Origin: the human T2T-CHM13v2.0 reference genome, Homo sapiens
Assembly (NCBI RefSeq): GCF_009914755.1
Contig: NC_060942.1
Direction: 5' to 3' (one strand)
Length of the DNA: 64,000 bases
Shown here: positions 27,837-43,522 of the stretch, piece after piece
Position numbering within the stretch: position 1 is the stretch's first letter
Layout of the letters: each line of letters starts with the position of its first letter
Made by a program: the position numbers and the translations under genes
The notes under the pieces: generated by a model
Databases searched by the model: none
Told to the model about the DNA's origin: nothing
The model's input: only the letters and a program-made list of their open reading frames with translations

Positions 27837-30800
27837 ACAGACATTTCAGAACCATTTAAATCAACAGACAAGGAAATTTTTAGACATAACATACTGTGTT
27901 TATCTTGAGGTACACATTGGGCCCATTAGATAACGTTTTGGAAAGTAATGCCATTGTTAACTGGTAGTTAACAACCCAAGTTTTCCAAGCAAAGAAACTG
28001 TAAAGATGGTTACAAAATTCTTTGAAAAGAATACACCATTTCCATTTAAGATAAACTCTCCAAATTCTTAACTGATTTCAATTTTTAGGCTTAGCTTAAA
28101 TATTTTAAATGAAACAATATGAGAGTGGGAGAAAAGGTTTATAGCTAAGAAATTATCTGAGCCCTACTACATGAGATTGTAAACAAAGGAAATTTGCGAT
28201 CTGATAAGCTCTATTACAAAATTTATAGCCTAAAAATTAGAGCAGCAAAATTACAGAAGATATTTGTATATAGTTTAAACTGAAATCACGTTTATTCCTT
28301 GTTTCTGGCTATCACAATGAGACAAATTTTAAAACACCAAGTTTTAAAGACTGAACAGTGTGATTTAACATGATGTAACCATGAGAATCCCGTATTATTA
28401 CAATCCCACAATCTAAAAACTCTACTTCACATAATTTGCACTCTAGGCCTTTTATTCTTCTTGCTCAAGCAGCCTGGTGCCTTTAGGTAACTTGAAAGAT
28501 AGTGGAAATTGATATAAGAGGCATGTTTCTGAAAGCCCCCTACGTCCAACAACAGATTTAACTTTTCTGGTAGACTGAAATTAAAATTTCCTTTGAACAG
28601 TTCGCTAGGTTCTTTGAAGGATTATTTGTTTTCCAGTTTGTTATTCAAAATGTTAATCTTATACTTGCTAGGCACGATGAGTAGTGACTTATACAAAGTG
28701 TTTAGAAAATGAAGGACCCTCCATCCTTCCACACCCCACCTCCCATCCCTGGACTTCTCAGGGAGCTGTATGGATAACATGCAGGTGGCTGTGGAATGTG
28801 AGCAGAGACTGTTTATGCATGTGTCTGAGAACAGTTGGAACGGACTGTCATAATATTTCCCATAAGATTGTTGTATTTCGACATGAGACAAGAATAAACA
28901 CTGCAATTTAGCTGAATGGGCAGTTCACTGCAACTTCATAAACTGCAATGATATATGTGGGTTGAAAGAATGTAAGTAAATTTCACAGTTCATAAAGTTG
29001 AGCAGCTCAACTTAAAGAAGAGAAAACTTGCAAGATTGATCTGTGAGTGTCTGAATTCTGCCTCCCAACATGAGTCAGGTCCACATTATACATTTTAGTT
29101 GCTTGGCTTGGTTTATTGCTGATTTTCTTTTCTGATGGGGGCCATGATGATTTTTGCCATGAATCTAAGGACCCAAAAGGGTCTTGTTTAGATAGACACT
29201 TCCTCTCTTTTGATTACAGGGGACCTGCCAGAGGAGATAAGATGATAAGTCTTGACCTGGCTGGTTAGAAGGGTTCTGTGTGTGGATCTCTGGGCATCAC
29301 TTTTCACTGCAGAATCGCAGGGAAGGGCTGTGAAAGGGAAGGGCTTCTCGAAAGGGAAGGGCTTTCTCCTTATTATCCCTGCTTTGCATATCTTGTCATG
29401 ATTCTCTTGGAGCTATGAATGCTCTGTCCAGTCAGGACACCAAGGTCCTTCACAGACAGGTGCTCAGCTTAGGAATGGCAATTTCATTTATTTGTGGCAT
29501 TTATTTGTGACAGAAGATATTTATTACAATTAAAAGAATTCCAGGTCAGTAAAAAAAACAAAAAACAAAAAACAAAAAAACAACAACACTAGGCAATGAG
29601 AGAGATACTTTCTGCCTCCAACACATTCCAAGTTTTAGTGATCTTGGGGTGTTCTGTACCCCTTAATAGAGGCTGACGTTTTAAAGACAGGACACACGTA
29701 ATTCTCCATATACCCAGCTGCCCATAGGACTTCACGTCTTTCTTACTCACACATACATACTCTTAGCAACTGAGATTTCAAATATAAACAATATGATCTC
29801 CAAGAGGGCAGGGGCTGTGTCTTTTACTCAGCACTGTAGTGATACTAGACTGTAGCATAAGTGAATCAAAGGCCACAGTCCCTGCCCTCAAGGAGTCTCT
29901 GCGTTGCCAATCAATATAAACTTGACAAAAATACACCAAGTCCAAAACAAGCAAAAAGAATTTAAAACCCTATTTTGTGTAAAGTTTTTACAAAAAGAAA
30001 AAAAACGCTAAAAGGAGTCAGTTGTTTATGTGAGGCAACCTTTATAGTAAACCCAAACCAACCCTGTTCCTTCTTCCTGAGTTTGAGAATTGTGTCCGAG
30101 TGCTAAGTATTTTAAAACGGATTCAGCTAGGTTTGCCAATGAAAACTTGCAGCTTAGTAACTGCATCTTGTCTGTTTTTATTTTAAAAAGAAGTTCTGAG
30201 AGGTTTACTTTACTAAGGGAGGCAGTCCCCCTCACACAGAAGGATGCTTTCAAAACACGAAAGCTTCATAGGTCTCATGTCCTGTGAGTGCAGTACCAGC
30301 ACTTCCTCATTGAGTTATCTGTGACTTTTGAAGAGGTGCTCCAGTGTGAGAATTTTACAGGGTACTCTTTTTGCCTATAGTATTTACATTTTGGGAGACA
30401 CGTTAGGAGAAAAAAAATGCTTTTTTTTTTGATAAAGGAGATCTAAGATGGAAAATTGGGTATCAATTCACTTCAACTCTAAAACCACGATATGGATTAA
30501 AAATATCTTTCTTCTAATGCCAAGAAATAAAGACACATTTCACAGGTCTACAAAACTAGACTGGTGGGTCTTGTCTTTCAATTTATTTTTTTATTTTGGT
30601 AGCAGGAAGAGATGGTAAGATATAAGTCCATCCTGCAAGTTATGCTGCCGCCTCACTGGCTGACCTTCCTATTCAAGAGGGCACTGTGTGCACCTCGGTC
30701 ATGGGCTGTCCGCACATCTGGAATCTGGGGCCAGACTCTCAGGTGCAGGGGAGTAGATGATGCCTTGCTCTGAGAACTAATACAGTCTTAAGATGTATAT

Positions 30801-31982
30801 TCTCTAAAAAAGTCAAGAATAATGACGCCATTATATTTTGGAATACTTAATCATATTTAGCAAAAATTCTCAGACTAATGTAAAAGTATGGTAATAATGT
30901 ATTTTCTTTGAAAGAGAGGGAAGAAGTGGTTTATGAAATAAACAAGTCCTCTTATTGGTATTTTAAAAATACTCAACAGATGTAGCATATATAATAATAA
31001 AGGCCGGTGCGTCTGATTTCTCAGCTCTCGTAAAGCATGAAGTAGGTTGAGAATGCCTAATGTACTCTGACAAATGCTCTTCAGACCTCTCACCATCAGA
31101 CACCAGGGGAAGGAGACCCTTAAACCGGAGAATTATAATTCAACAGAAACTGTCATTTCCCCAGACATCATGGGAGTATTACATGCAAAAACCAGCCCTG
31201 CGGTGAGTGGGCTTAAACTCAAACTTAATTCTTCAATACAGGATTCTTTACTGATTTGTTCTAAGTTTTCAGTGATGAACCCAAATAAGATTGAGCTTCA
31301 AGAGACAGGGTTCTGAGAATCTTTGGAGTCATTCTGTCCACTATTCCTAAGAGAATCAATGTAGATAACAGTCCCAAAACCTCAACAGATTGTTTAAAAG
31401 TGAACAGATGTTATCTAAAATATCAGAATCAAAATTATGTGTAAAACATATCCGGGTGTATTGTGTATGCACCTATACATGTTTATATATGTATATTCTT
31501 TTTTCTCTGCTCAATAAAATTAGCAGCAGTTACAGATAAATTATTGTGGTCATGATTTGTGTGATTTCTAAGGACAACATATATCCCTTTATCAACATAT
31601 GACTCTTGGAAAATGCCTTGTGATAAAAAGATCCCCACCAAGCATACAACATTAAAGTGTCAATTCGTATCACTAACATTTTCAGGCACAAGAGTAAAAC
31701 AATTAGCAAGAAGCAATCTGAATGACAGAGCACAGAACACAGTTAATTGTCTAAAGTCAACCCTCCTGAAAGAAGGGACTTGTTCAAAAGTGTTTTTTTT
31801 TTTTTTTTAAAGATTTTTATGTCTTTCAGCTTTGGCTATTTTGTAATAAATATCATACCTTCTCACATAAACCTACTTGGGTAAGAATGATTTCTCTGCA
31901 CATGCCTTTTTTTCTTTTAGCAGCTGCTGAGTGTTTGTTGAGTGACGTACAAGGCACACCTCCAAGTGTTCTGTACAGCATT

Positions 31983-31988
31983 TTTATT
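31983..31988 (-). terminator. Proximal polyadenylation signal AATAAA
   Basis: Minus strand TTTTGTACATC-AATAAA (upstream UGUA), with GGTGTGCCTTGT about 30 nt downstream. About 175 nt after the stop. Confidence 0.6.
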
Positions 31989-32163
31989 GATGTACAAAAT
32001 AGCCTGTTCACCATTCAAAAACGTAATCTGCATAGTAAGAGTTTCTCTTATCCCTATTTACAGAGAAGGTTTTTAGTGCAAAAACATGAAATTGTGTCCC
32101 AGCCCACCCCTTCTAGCACACGCATTGATCAGTTTTGTTCCATGCTGGCCGGGGGTTATTTGG

Positions 32164-33087
<924 letters not shown>

Positions 33088-34508
33088 TCAGTTAAAAGAA
33101 AAAAGCCAAATCCCAAGGCTTTTGTTATTTATAGACGTTACTGCTGAGTAGAAAAGCGCAGTTAGTTTTGAATTCAATAAAATTCCTGCTAACTTCACTG
33201 GGTTTTTTTTTTAAAGAATCTTTAATAAAATACATTGGTAATTGTAGATATGTACATAATGATTTAAAATGCTACAGTGGAGATAAAATAAATATTTCAG
33301 CTAGTAAGAAAATAATTGTTAATAGGTGCCTGGATCTTTATGATGAGGAAAATTATTAAGTCACGTGTAGGCTCTGCACCAACAGGTGCCATGATTGATG
33401 AATGATGTCTGCAGTGAGCGAGGGTAGAAGGAGAGAATAGTAAATGAGTGGCGCATGCTTGCCATGCTTGTGCTACAGTGACATGATGGCATCACACCAC
33501 CCGTGACTCTATTTCCACCCAAAAGTCTGAGGCAGGAGGAAATCCTTCAAATAAAATGTTTATCCTTGTCTTAGTTTCTGAACAATCGAGTAACATTAGC
33601 GCAAAGATTTAAATGTCCAGAGAACAAAAAGTACCTGCAAAGAGAGCTACTTTAAACTGTAATGAGCACATGTGGAGCGGTAGCTTAGGCTCTGGGGGGT
33701 TTTAAGAGCAACATGAAACTAGAGTGTGCTCAAAGGAGGGTGAGCAGGCCGGTGAGGGGTCTGACAGTGATGTCGGGGAAACAGTAGAGGGACGCAAGGA
33801 TGTTTCTTTTGGAGAAGAGAAGACTTCTATCATAGCTGACTCGGAATTTTCATGAGTTGACAAAGAGATATGGGATGGACCTATTTTTGTTTCTTTAGAC
33901 CTAAGAAATGATTGAAAGTTACACAGAGGTTGATTTCAACTCAATATAATAAAGGGTGTTTTTTTTTAAGTATTGGTACTTGCCAACAATGGAATGAGCT
34001 GTGTTGCAGAAGAATGATCTCAGAGCACTGGAAGTATCCAGACAAAAGGAAATGACCACTCAACAGTGATGGTCAAAAGGGGACTCCTGTCTGGATGGAA
34101 ATTCAGAGTAGATAGCCAATGGGACCCTTTCCATTTTAGGTCCTGGTCGAAGGTGTTGTCTGCTTGAAGGTGCTGTCTGCTCGTGTCAAAGTGGAAAGAA
34201 CCAGATGCTGACTTGTGAGAACTGATGGCAGCCCCCGGGTTGTTTCCAGGAGAATCTAGTTGGCCTTTACCTCTGAATTTCTCAGACTGGTGTGGCATCT
34301 TTTCTTCCCAAGACATTGGCTCTTCCATTCTAGCTCGAAACAAACAGGGGCCCCATCATGCTCACTCAGTAAAATTATTTAGAAAATTAAAAAGCCATTT
34401 CCTCTCCCACCACCCTGCCTGTTAGGGCTACCGTGAAAATGCTTTCAAGAACCCATGAACTGGTGGATGAGAAGATAAGCGTGCAGTGGGACCTGGCAGG
34501 AAGACTTA

Positions 34509-34736
<228 letters not shown>

Positions 34737-35189
34737 TCAATCCTGAAGACTTGCTCAAGTCACACTCTTAAACCGTAACAGCAGGGTGTAAGCATGGCAG
34801 AGAGAAGATTGAAGTAAACAAGAATGATAGGAAGCACAGAGGCTGCCAGAGAGCAAATCAGGCGCCTGTCACACACTTGCTGGGACAGAATGATTTTTGA
34901 AAGAAACTGCTTGGCAAATGCTGGCTGCTGCTGAAATATAGAAAGTAATATGAAATACGGCAAGTTAAAGTGTCTATGGTTAAAGAGCTAGTGACATGTG
35001 AGGATGGATAAAGAGGAAGTATTAAGAAAATAAGAACGTAAGGCATTCACAAATTTAACTTGAGGATTCATCTCTTCTATTAGGTTGTGTTTTTTTCATT
35101 GTTCAAGCTGAATTCAATTTGATCCAAACCTTAGAGAACCCTGGACCTGGTCCAGAGCTAAAGCTCCTTCTGAAGTCATGTTCAGGGAT

Positions 35190-35778
35190 GTTTTTTTTTT
35201 TTTTTTTTTTTTTTTGAGATGGAGTCTCACTCTGTCGCGCAGGTTGGAATGCAATGGCACAATCTCAGCTCAGCTCACTGCAACCTCTGCTTCCTGGGCT
35301 CAGGTGATCCTCCCACCTCAGCTTCCCGAGAGGTGGGACCACAGGTGTGCGCCAGTACACCTGACTAATTTTTTGTATTTTTAGTAGAGATGAAGTTTCA
35401 CCATGTTGCTCAGGCTGCCTCCCAAAGCATTGGGATTATAGGCATGAGCCACCGTTCCTGGCCAGGGCTACTTTTTAATTTTTTTAATTTATTTTTTTTA
35501 TTTTTCAAGACTGAGTCTTGCTCTGTTGCCCATGTTGGAGTGCAGCGGCACCATCTTGGCTCACTGCAACCTCTGCTTCCCGAGTTCAAGCAATTCTCCT
35601 GCCTCAGCCTCCTGAGCAGCTGGGATTACAGGCGCCTGCCATCATGCCCGGCTAATTTTTGTATTTTTAGTAGAGTCGGGGTTTGACGATGTTGGCCAGG
35701 CTGGTCTTGAACTCCTTGCATCTACTTGCCTGGGCCTCCCACAGTGCTGGGATTACAGGTATGAGACATTGAGCCAGG
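35190..35778 (-). mobile_element. Two tandem Alus (35190-35463, 35473-35778)
   Basis: Two antisense Alu bodies, each with a T tail. Confidence 0.88.
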
Positions 35779-35781
35779 CAA

Positions 35782-35935
35782 GGGCTTCTCAAATGTAAAT
35801 ATGAGTGTGTATCATCTAGGGATCTTGTTTAAAATGCAGGTTTTGATTCTGTTGACCCAGGGTGGGGCCTGGGAATCTGCATTTCTAACAAGTTCCTAGG
35901 TGATACTGATGCTACCTGACCATGGTCCACACACT
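35782..35935. mobile_element. MER5A-like hAT element
   Basis: gggtggggcctgggaatctgcatttctaacaagttcctaggtgatactgatgct. Confidence 0.72.
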
Positions 35936-36924
35936 GACAAGGCTGCAGAAGGAGTAATGAAGCGGCTCTCTACATCCAAAAAGTACTTTTTATAAGAGCT
36001 GCTTCCAGCTCTCTCACATTTCCTTCGTCTTCACACTGGAGAGGATCTAGCTGATCTGTGCTGTCCATGGCTTCTCTGAGACTGCCTGCCATTCCCCTAA
36101 TTTGCCTTCCATTCCTTGCAGGCATTTCAGAATATAATTACTAATGAAGTGACATTTTTCATGTACTTCTACGTGTCAGGCAGCAGGGGGCAGTTTATAC
36201 CTGGCTCTGCTAGTCTACCCTAAGCTATAGAGGTAAAAATATTAACAGAGCCAATTCTGACTCTGTCAAAAATGCTATGCTTTGAAATGCATACCTTGTC
36301 TACTTTTAGGCTATGTTCCCACCAAGTTTTTCACCTTCACTTTCAATTCCTTTCTGGCCAAGCAGCTCTGGGATAAGACAATGAAACAGCAAGCTCCTAT
36401 TAGCTTTGGTATTGAGTTTGCTTAAGCGGAAATGAAATGGGTTCATGTTATCACACTGCATCTCCTACTATCTACACCACACCCGGGACCTCTACCTCGC
36501 ATCCCTGGCCTGATTCACTTGCCAGAGAAAACCAGCCATTAAGAAGACTCATGGCTATGGGTAGCCCAGTAAACCCAACTCTAAATGAAATGGAAGCAAT
36601 TTAAAAAGTCTTATCAACTGCATTTCTTCCCGGGGCTGGGGATCACTGCTCCTACCTGCAGGACCCACAGCCCTGGTTACTGGGGCCCAGTGGGTTGGTG
36701 AAAGGGAACGGTTTCATCTGGAGAAGCTCTTTAGACTAAAAGAAAATATTCGGAGCAGCAGATTTCTTCCACAATAGACGCAGGCTTTCCCCTTGTGAGC
36801 TTTTAAAAAGGTGGTGGATGACTGCAGAAAGGATGCCCGGGAGGAAATGAAGTTTGGATAATCACGTGAGAGGAATGCTTGGCTGGGCTGGCCCAGGAAA
36901 GACCCTTGCACCATTCTGGGGTCT

Positions 36925-37195
<271 letters not shown>

Positions 37196-37998
37196 TGAGA
37201 ACCAACCAGGATGCCGGAGCTCAGGCTGGGCCACCCCGCTTTCTGGCTTTGGTTCATCTTCCTTCTGTCTTGTTAGTGAACTGCACGGTAGCCAGATGTG
37301 TTTCTTTCTTAGGGAATATCTATAGAATTTAGGGTGGATGGCTGTCACTTTATTACAGATGTGCTTGGTTCTATTTATGTTTATAGAAATAGGGCGCATG
37401 GAAAATGTGAGACGATAAGGACTCTGTCAGTTAACTTTTCAATTTTAAAATAAATACTTAGCTACTTCCCAATATTGGATTAGAGTGGAACATGAGGAAA
37501 ACATGGTTAATGCTGGATTCAATTTAGCACTTTCAAAATTTTAGAATTAGCCACTAAATATGACGTTTCATTAGGAAACACTTACCTGGGATGTCAATTA
37601 TAATATGCTCAGATGTCAATTACAATATGCATTTTAATTTACAATAGTTGGCTGACTTAGGTTTATAAACTCAGAAAAGAAGCCACTTGTAGTTGAATTT
37701 GACCTAAAGGAACTCCCGAACTCCCCTCTTCCTGTACTTATAATCAACCCCAGGTACCCAAGGTCACTTAGAGCTGGTTCTGCCACCTTCAAAACTAGGG
37801 ACTCCTGAAGGGCTAATAGGTTTCCCACAATGGTGAGGAGAGGGCAGTAGTGAAGAGAAGCATTTCTAAGCTAAAGGGCCTGGTGAGGAGGTAGCCAGGG
37901 CCAACTGGGAGTGTTTATGGTTGATGCTCAAGACAGAATTTGAGACACATAGAGCTTTTGGGGTGGCCACATGACTCCTGAAGGGAGTTAAAGAACTA

Positions 37999-38048
37999 AT
38001 GTGTGTGTGTGAGAGAGAGAGAGAGAAAGAAAGAGAGAGAGAGAGAGA
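37999..38048. repeat. (TG)n(GA)n compound microsatellite
   Basis: Seen directly. Confidence 0.9.
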
Positions 38049-39941
38049 AACAAACTGATTCTTACTTTTAGGAGATGGGAAGTTGTCAGTGATGAAACAA
38101 GAATATGAGGCCAGGGATTTTTTTCTGTTGTGATGGGAGGGCAGTCTGGGTGTTGTTATGTGAGGTCAAGGTAAAAGAATTAGGTTTACTTGAAACTCAC
38201 TTTAGAGAAAGGTGTTTTGTTGTTGTTGTTGTTTTAAAGGATGACTTTAAAGGTACTCCATTCATGACAAGAATTTTGAGTGTCATTCTGTTGAGGCACA
38301 GAGTGAGTGGCTTGCACTACGCCAGGCAGGTGAGGGGCAGCCCACGGCAGGTGGGCACAGCTGAGGACTCCACAGACACATCTCCAAGTGGCATTATTAT
38401 TTTCAACTTGTTGCTGCATGGGTGGCCGCTCCGATGATGGCCTATTTCTCTGCATCTTAAGGGAAGAATTACATGCTATGGTGGGCTGTATGCGTTCTGG
38501 GATTCAGAAGTGACAGAGTGAGGGCTTATTGTACCATCTTAGTTCCTATCTCTTACTCTTAGAACAGTAACAGTTCTATTACTCTTTGCTTCTTGATTTG
38601 ATTCATGCAGGATATTTATATCCAGGAGGAAGGTAGCTGTGCTTTAGATGAATTTTATCTGTCAATAAAAGGCAATTTTTAAGACTAGACGGTCAATCAC
38701 CCTATCTCCAGTTTTCCTTCATATTCAATTTAGCTTTTAAGTGTAACATTTTCAGCACATCCCTTCTGGAAGCCTCAGCATGTGGCTCTCATCATGTTAC
38801 TCGCTGTCTCCGACGGCTCCCTCTGATTCCTGGATAAAGGCTGGCCTCCCCTGCCTGCCACCCAAGGCTCTGTGCGACCAGGCTCCCACGCATCTTTCTA
38901 GCAATCTCTCCCACTGCTCCTAGTCTATATGGGCACGCAGGTCCATGCAAAGTGGTGGACTCAGTGTCCCCCCAGCACACCCTGTGCTTTCCTGCCCCTT
39001 TCTCTGGTTTAGTTTTTACTGCCCACCACACCTAAACACCAGTTCCTGTGGGCCAGCCCCACACATTACACACTCTGTGTGCCACTCTCCATCTATATTT
39101 AATGAGCCTGCGAGCTAAAATGTAGGGACTGCCATTTTAGCTATCCCTTGTTATTACTATCCTGGGGATAGCAGAGTTTGGGGATTTGTCACTCCTGGCA
39201 TGAACATGTCACACAGAATGCCTGGTAGGTGTTAAGAAATGTCACAAAAAATACAAAAAAAAAAAAAGGCACTTAAAAAAACCCATATACCATAGAATAT
39301 CTTTTATATGTTTATGTGGAAATTATTACTGACAAGTCATTTGGGCTGAATGTTAAGTTTTTTTGGTGACCCTGAGTCAATCTAGGGGAAAAAAAGGCAC
39401 CAGAAGACCTGCCACATATGACCACCACCAACTCTACCACCACCCTTTGACACAGTGTCATGGTGAAAATGACAGTGACAGTATTCCTGAACTAGGAAGC
39501 GCTGTGGCTTTAATCTAGCACACCCCAGAGTAATGACTATTCTAAAATGAAGATCTAAAGGACTATACTGTGCCTAATGGACTAAAGCCTTTCTATTTAT
39601 TTCCAATGTAATGTTTATGACTGGACTTCCACTGGCAACACAAGGAGAGAGGGGCCCCTGTATTATCAGGAATGAACCTCCAACCCTCACGCTCAGTGAA
39701 GAGCTGGCGTTCTGTTTTGAGGTGGGTGTTACCGTCCATTGCAGATGACGGTGATCTCTGCCTATGTGTAGTTAATTTCAGGTTATGAGTACCTTGACTA
39801 TTCACAGAGAAACTCCTGGAACCAAAGTCCTGTTGATGACAGGGTCAATGAGCACAGTGCGGATACACGGAGTACCCAAAGCCTCGCTTCCTGAGCAATT
39901 CCCCGGCCTAAAGCTTTTCTTCCCAGCTGCCCCACCGCTAG

Positions 39942-40418
<477 letters not shown>

Positions 40419-40659
40419 TAGAAACGGTGAGTTCTGTTCTTTCTCGAACTTCATCCTCTTTAGTCAATGAGGCATATTTCTAGAAAGGCATATTCAGGCA
40501 ACTGAAATAATCTAATAATGGGGGCTTAAAGCAAGCTGTAAAAGGTGTCTGTCCTGGGGGCTGATGGCCGGGATCACAAGCATCGACTTCCACCATCCCT
40601 GAAAGTCTGAACAACATGGCTATCACTTCTCTTTTCCTACAGCCTCTATTAATTCCACT

Positions 40660-41520
40660 TTGCTATTTGTTCAAATAGATTGAGTGCCTATCATGTGCTC
40701 ATTGAGTTAGTGTTGAGTATACAACAGTGAGTAACTCATGGAATTACTTATGAGGGAGGGAAACAAACATAATTAAAATACAATCTGGTAAGTGTGATAA
40801 GACAAGTATGTGCAAGGTTCATGGGAGCACCATAAATTTACTCAAGGTGGCAGGAGAAGAACAAATTCATAGGTAATTTTACTGAGAAAGTCTTAGGAGG
40901 GATTATGAGTGTACAAAAGGTAGAACATAGAAGAACATGGCATAAAAGAAGAACCAGAATGATGATCTGGTCTGTGGGCTTAGATGATGAAACAAAACAC
41001 TGGTACCATTCATCAGATAGAAATTTAGAAGAACAGGGCTTGGGAAAAGCAGAGGAGGTCAGTTTTGAAAATACTAACTTTGAGCTCAGTGTTCTAATGA
41101 TAGATAGAATCTGAAGTTATGGCGGCACTGAGATCCCAGATGAGAAGTGAAGAAGGCTGAACCCCCAAAGGATGGGCAGAAGAGAAGACAGGAGGGGAAA
41201 AACAGGTAACTACACTTTAGTGCTCACAGAGCAGAATCATGCCTGAATGGCGTCAAGGAAGCCAAGGGAGGGAGAGCTGCAGGGGAACAACAGTGCAAAG
41301 ATGGAGAGATGTCAGGAAGTCAGGAAAGAGGCTGGAAGAGGTTCCCCTTATGTGACAGCTAGCAAGTCACTGGTGATCTTAGCAAATGAGGCGTGAGTCA
41401 AGTGAGGGGGCAGAGCCAGACTCTAGTGAGTCAAAGTTAGACAGGAGGTAAGAGTGGTGTTCGTGAGGGCAGATCACTCTTCTCAGGAATTGTCTGGAAA
41501 GAAAGGAGTGAGGCAGTTGT
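40660..41520 (-). mobile_element. L2 fragments
   Basis: ttgagtgcctatcatgtgc; gcgtcaaggaagccaaggg...aagtcactggtgatcttagcaa...cagagccagact. Confidence 0.55.
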
Positions 41521-43522
41521 TACAAAAGGATACTGGTTTGAAGAAGGCATGCCTTTTAAAAAAAAACTTTAAAGAAACTTGAAAAAATGTGCCTGGGTAC
41601 GTATATGCATGCATGTAAGCTGGAGGTCAACTGTACACTGATGCCTGGGACCCTGTGCTCACCTTTAATTTAAGAAGATAAAGGGGAGACCATTTTTCCA
41701 TTGCTCCCTGCCTCTGTCATGCCATCACTGGCCACATAAAGCTAGAAAAATAAATTAATGGTAGCATATCATCTTAACAGTGAAAGCAAAGATGAAACAC
41801 ACTAATAGAACAAATGCTTTGGAAAGCTTCATGTTTCTAAGTGGAAGTGGTCAACAAAGTCAAGTGCAACTCCAATCTATGGTCCAAATCAAACACATCA
41901 TAAAATGGAACTATTTTCTTTACTTTCAGAATACTGCCCAGGGAGCTTAACGTCATTTCCTGAGTCCTGGAATAGACATTTAACCTTCTTTTCCCTTCTC
42001 TCCTTACAGTTCTAACTCTTGCTTAGTTGGGAGGGAATTGAGCACAGGTCAAGGATCAGTAATTTGTCTCCTCTAAATTGCAACATGTTGAAAATAATGC
42101 ACGAGAATTTGTTAACAGTAGGAAGCTCATCATTGCATGAGTGGAAAGCAGAGTTACATGTAGATCTTTGGAGGACAAAAACTGAAACATACATACAATT
42201 GGAGTGCTTTCTACATAGTATCTATGAAATAATTTCTTTCTCCTGTTACACCTCTTTCTCTGATACTTCCTAGGGGTTTATGAAACAATATGTCTAAGAC
42301 TGGGGGCTTTTTGGTACAACAGCATTTCTTGGAAAGCCTTTGTTTTTCACAACTTCTGACTCCTCTGTTCTGTGGAGGAAACAGAACTTTCACATGCAGT
42401 CACTAACAGGACCAAAGAGCTTAAGAAACGTAAAAGGACAGTTAACTAAGGCATGGTCTTAGCAGTTTTCAGATAGCCTTTTGGGAAAAAAATCAATTTC
42501 AGAGCAGTGGTGGGTGCTCAACTCTTACATACAAGATGATGGATCTAGGGACATCTGCTGACAGGGCCATGTATTTCCTGAGTTAACCTTCTAGAATCAA
42601 CTGTCACATGCCTGGCAGGGGCGTGGGGGAGAGAGTATACCTCCTGTCTCAAAGTTCATATTGTTTGGAATTGTGGACAATCAATAAGGAGATTTTGGCA
42701 TACTTAGGTGGTGTAAGGATCGTTTTGTTTCCATATTGACAATGATTAAGAAAATACATACACTGTAGGGGAGCTTGATTTAAAATGAGATTCACCTTTC
42801 TTGTGCATTTTCTTCCCTAAAAAGCCAAATGCAGGACAATGTCAGCAACCCAAAGAAAGGAGTTTTGTAACCATGCTTCCTTGAACTTTGTAACTTTGCC
42901 TTCACTGACTGCCCTCTGCCCTGTATTTTACATTTCTTCCCACACTCCCAGATAACAAAATCATTACAGCCGTTAAGAAACCTTATTTATAAAGAGGCTT
43001 TTATACAGAGTTCATAACCCTGTCACATAACCATCAGCGGATATTTTCAGTCAAACAGAAATTAAAGTTTTATAATGACAAAGTACAATAAATGAACCTC
43101 TATTTGATTAATTACACAAGGGCAAATGTGATTTACAGTCAAAATCCTGATTCTTAGATGCGTGAGCTTCTTTTTTCCATTTTTATACATTGATGATAAG
43201 GACCTAAGACAGACCTTTCTCAGAAATGGTCTCCAATATTCCAGCCTCAGGCAAGGGAGGCCCAGGGGAAGGAGCGGGCAGCCACTTACTCAGTGGCAGG
43301 AGGGGCAAGTGGTTCTGAAAAGATGTACTTGTTTAACATTTAGGGTGCTTTCATGGACTCAGAAAGTATATGCCATTGAGGAGTAGAATAAAGATCTTTC
43401 CTGAGCAAGGAGTGTACGTGATAAATATACTTAAGTAGTGTATAACCTTCCTATTAATGTGATTTTATACAAATGGTATATACCTAATTGTACAGGTTTG
43501 GAACAAGACTTATCCAATAGAA

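Larger units (their letters stand above)
27815..32163 (-). other. GAREM1: GAREM1 long 3' UTR
   Basis: Alu-free AT-rich tract downstream of the stop, ending after AATAAA (plus tttatt 27831-27836) with a U/GU-rich downstream element. Exact cleavage site is inferred. Confidence 0.75.
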
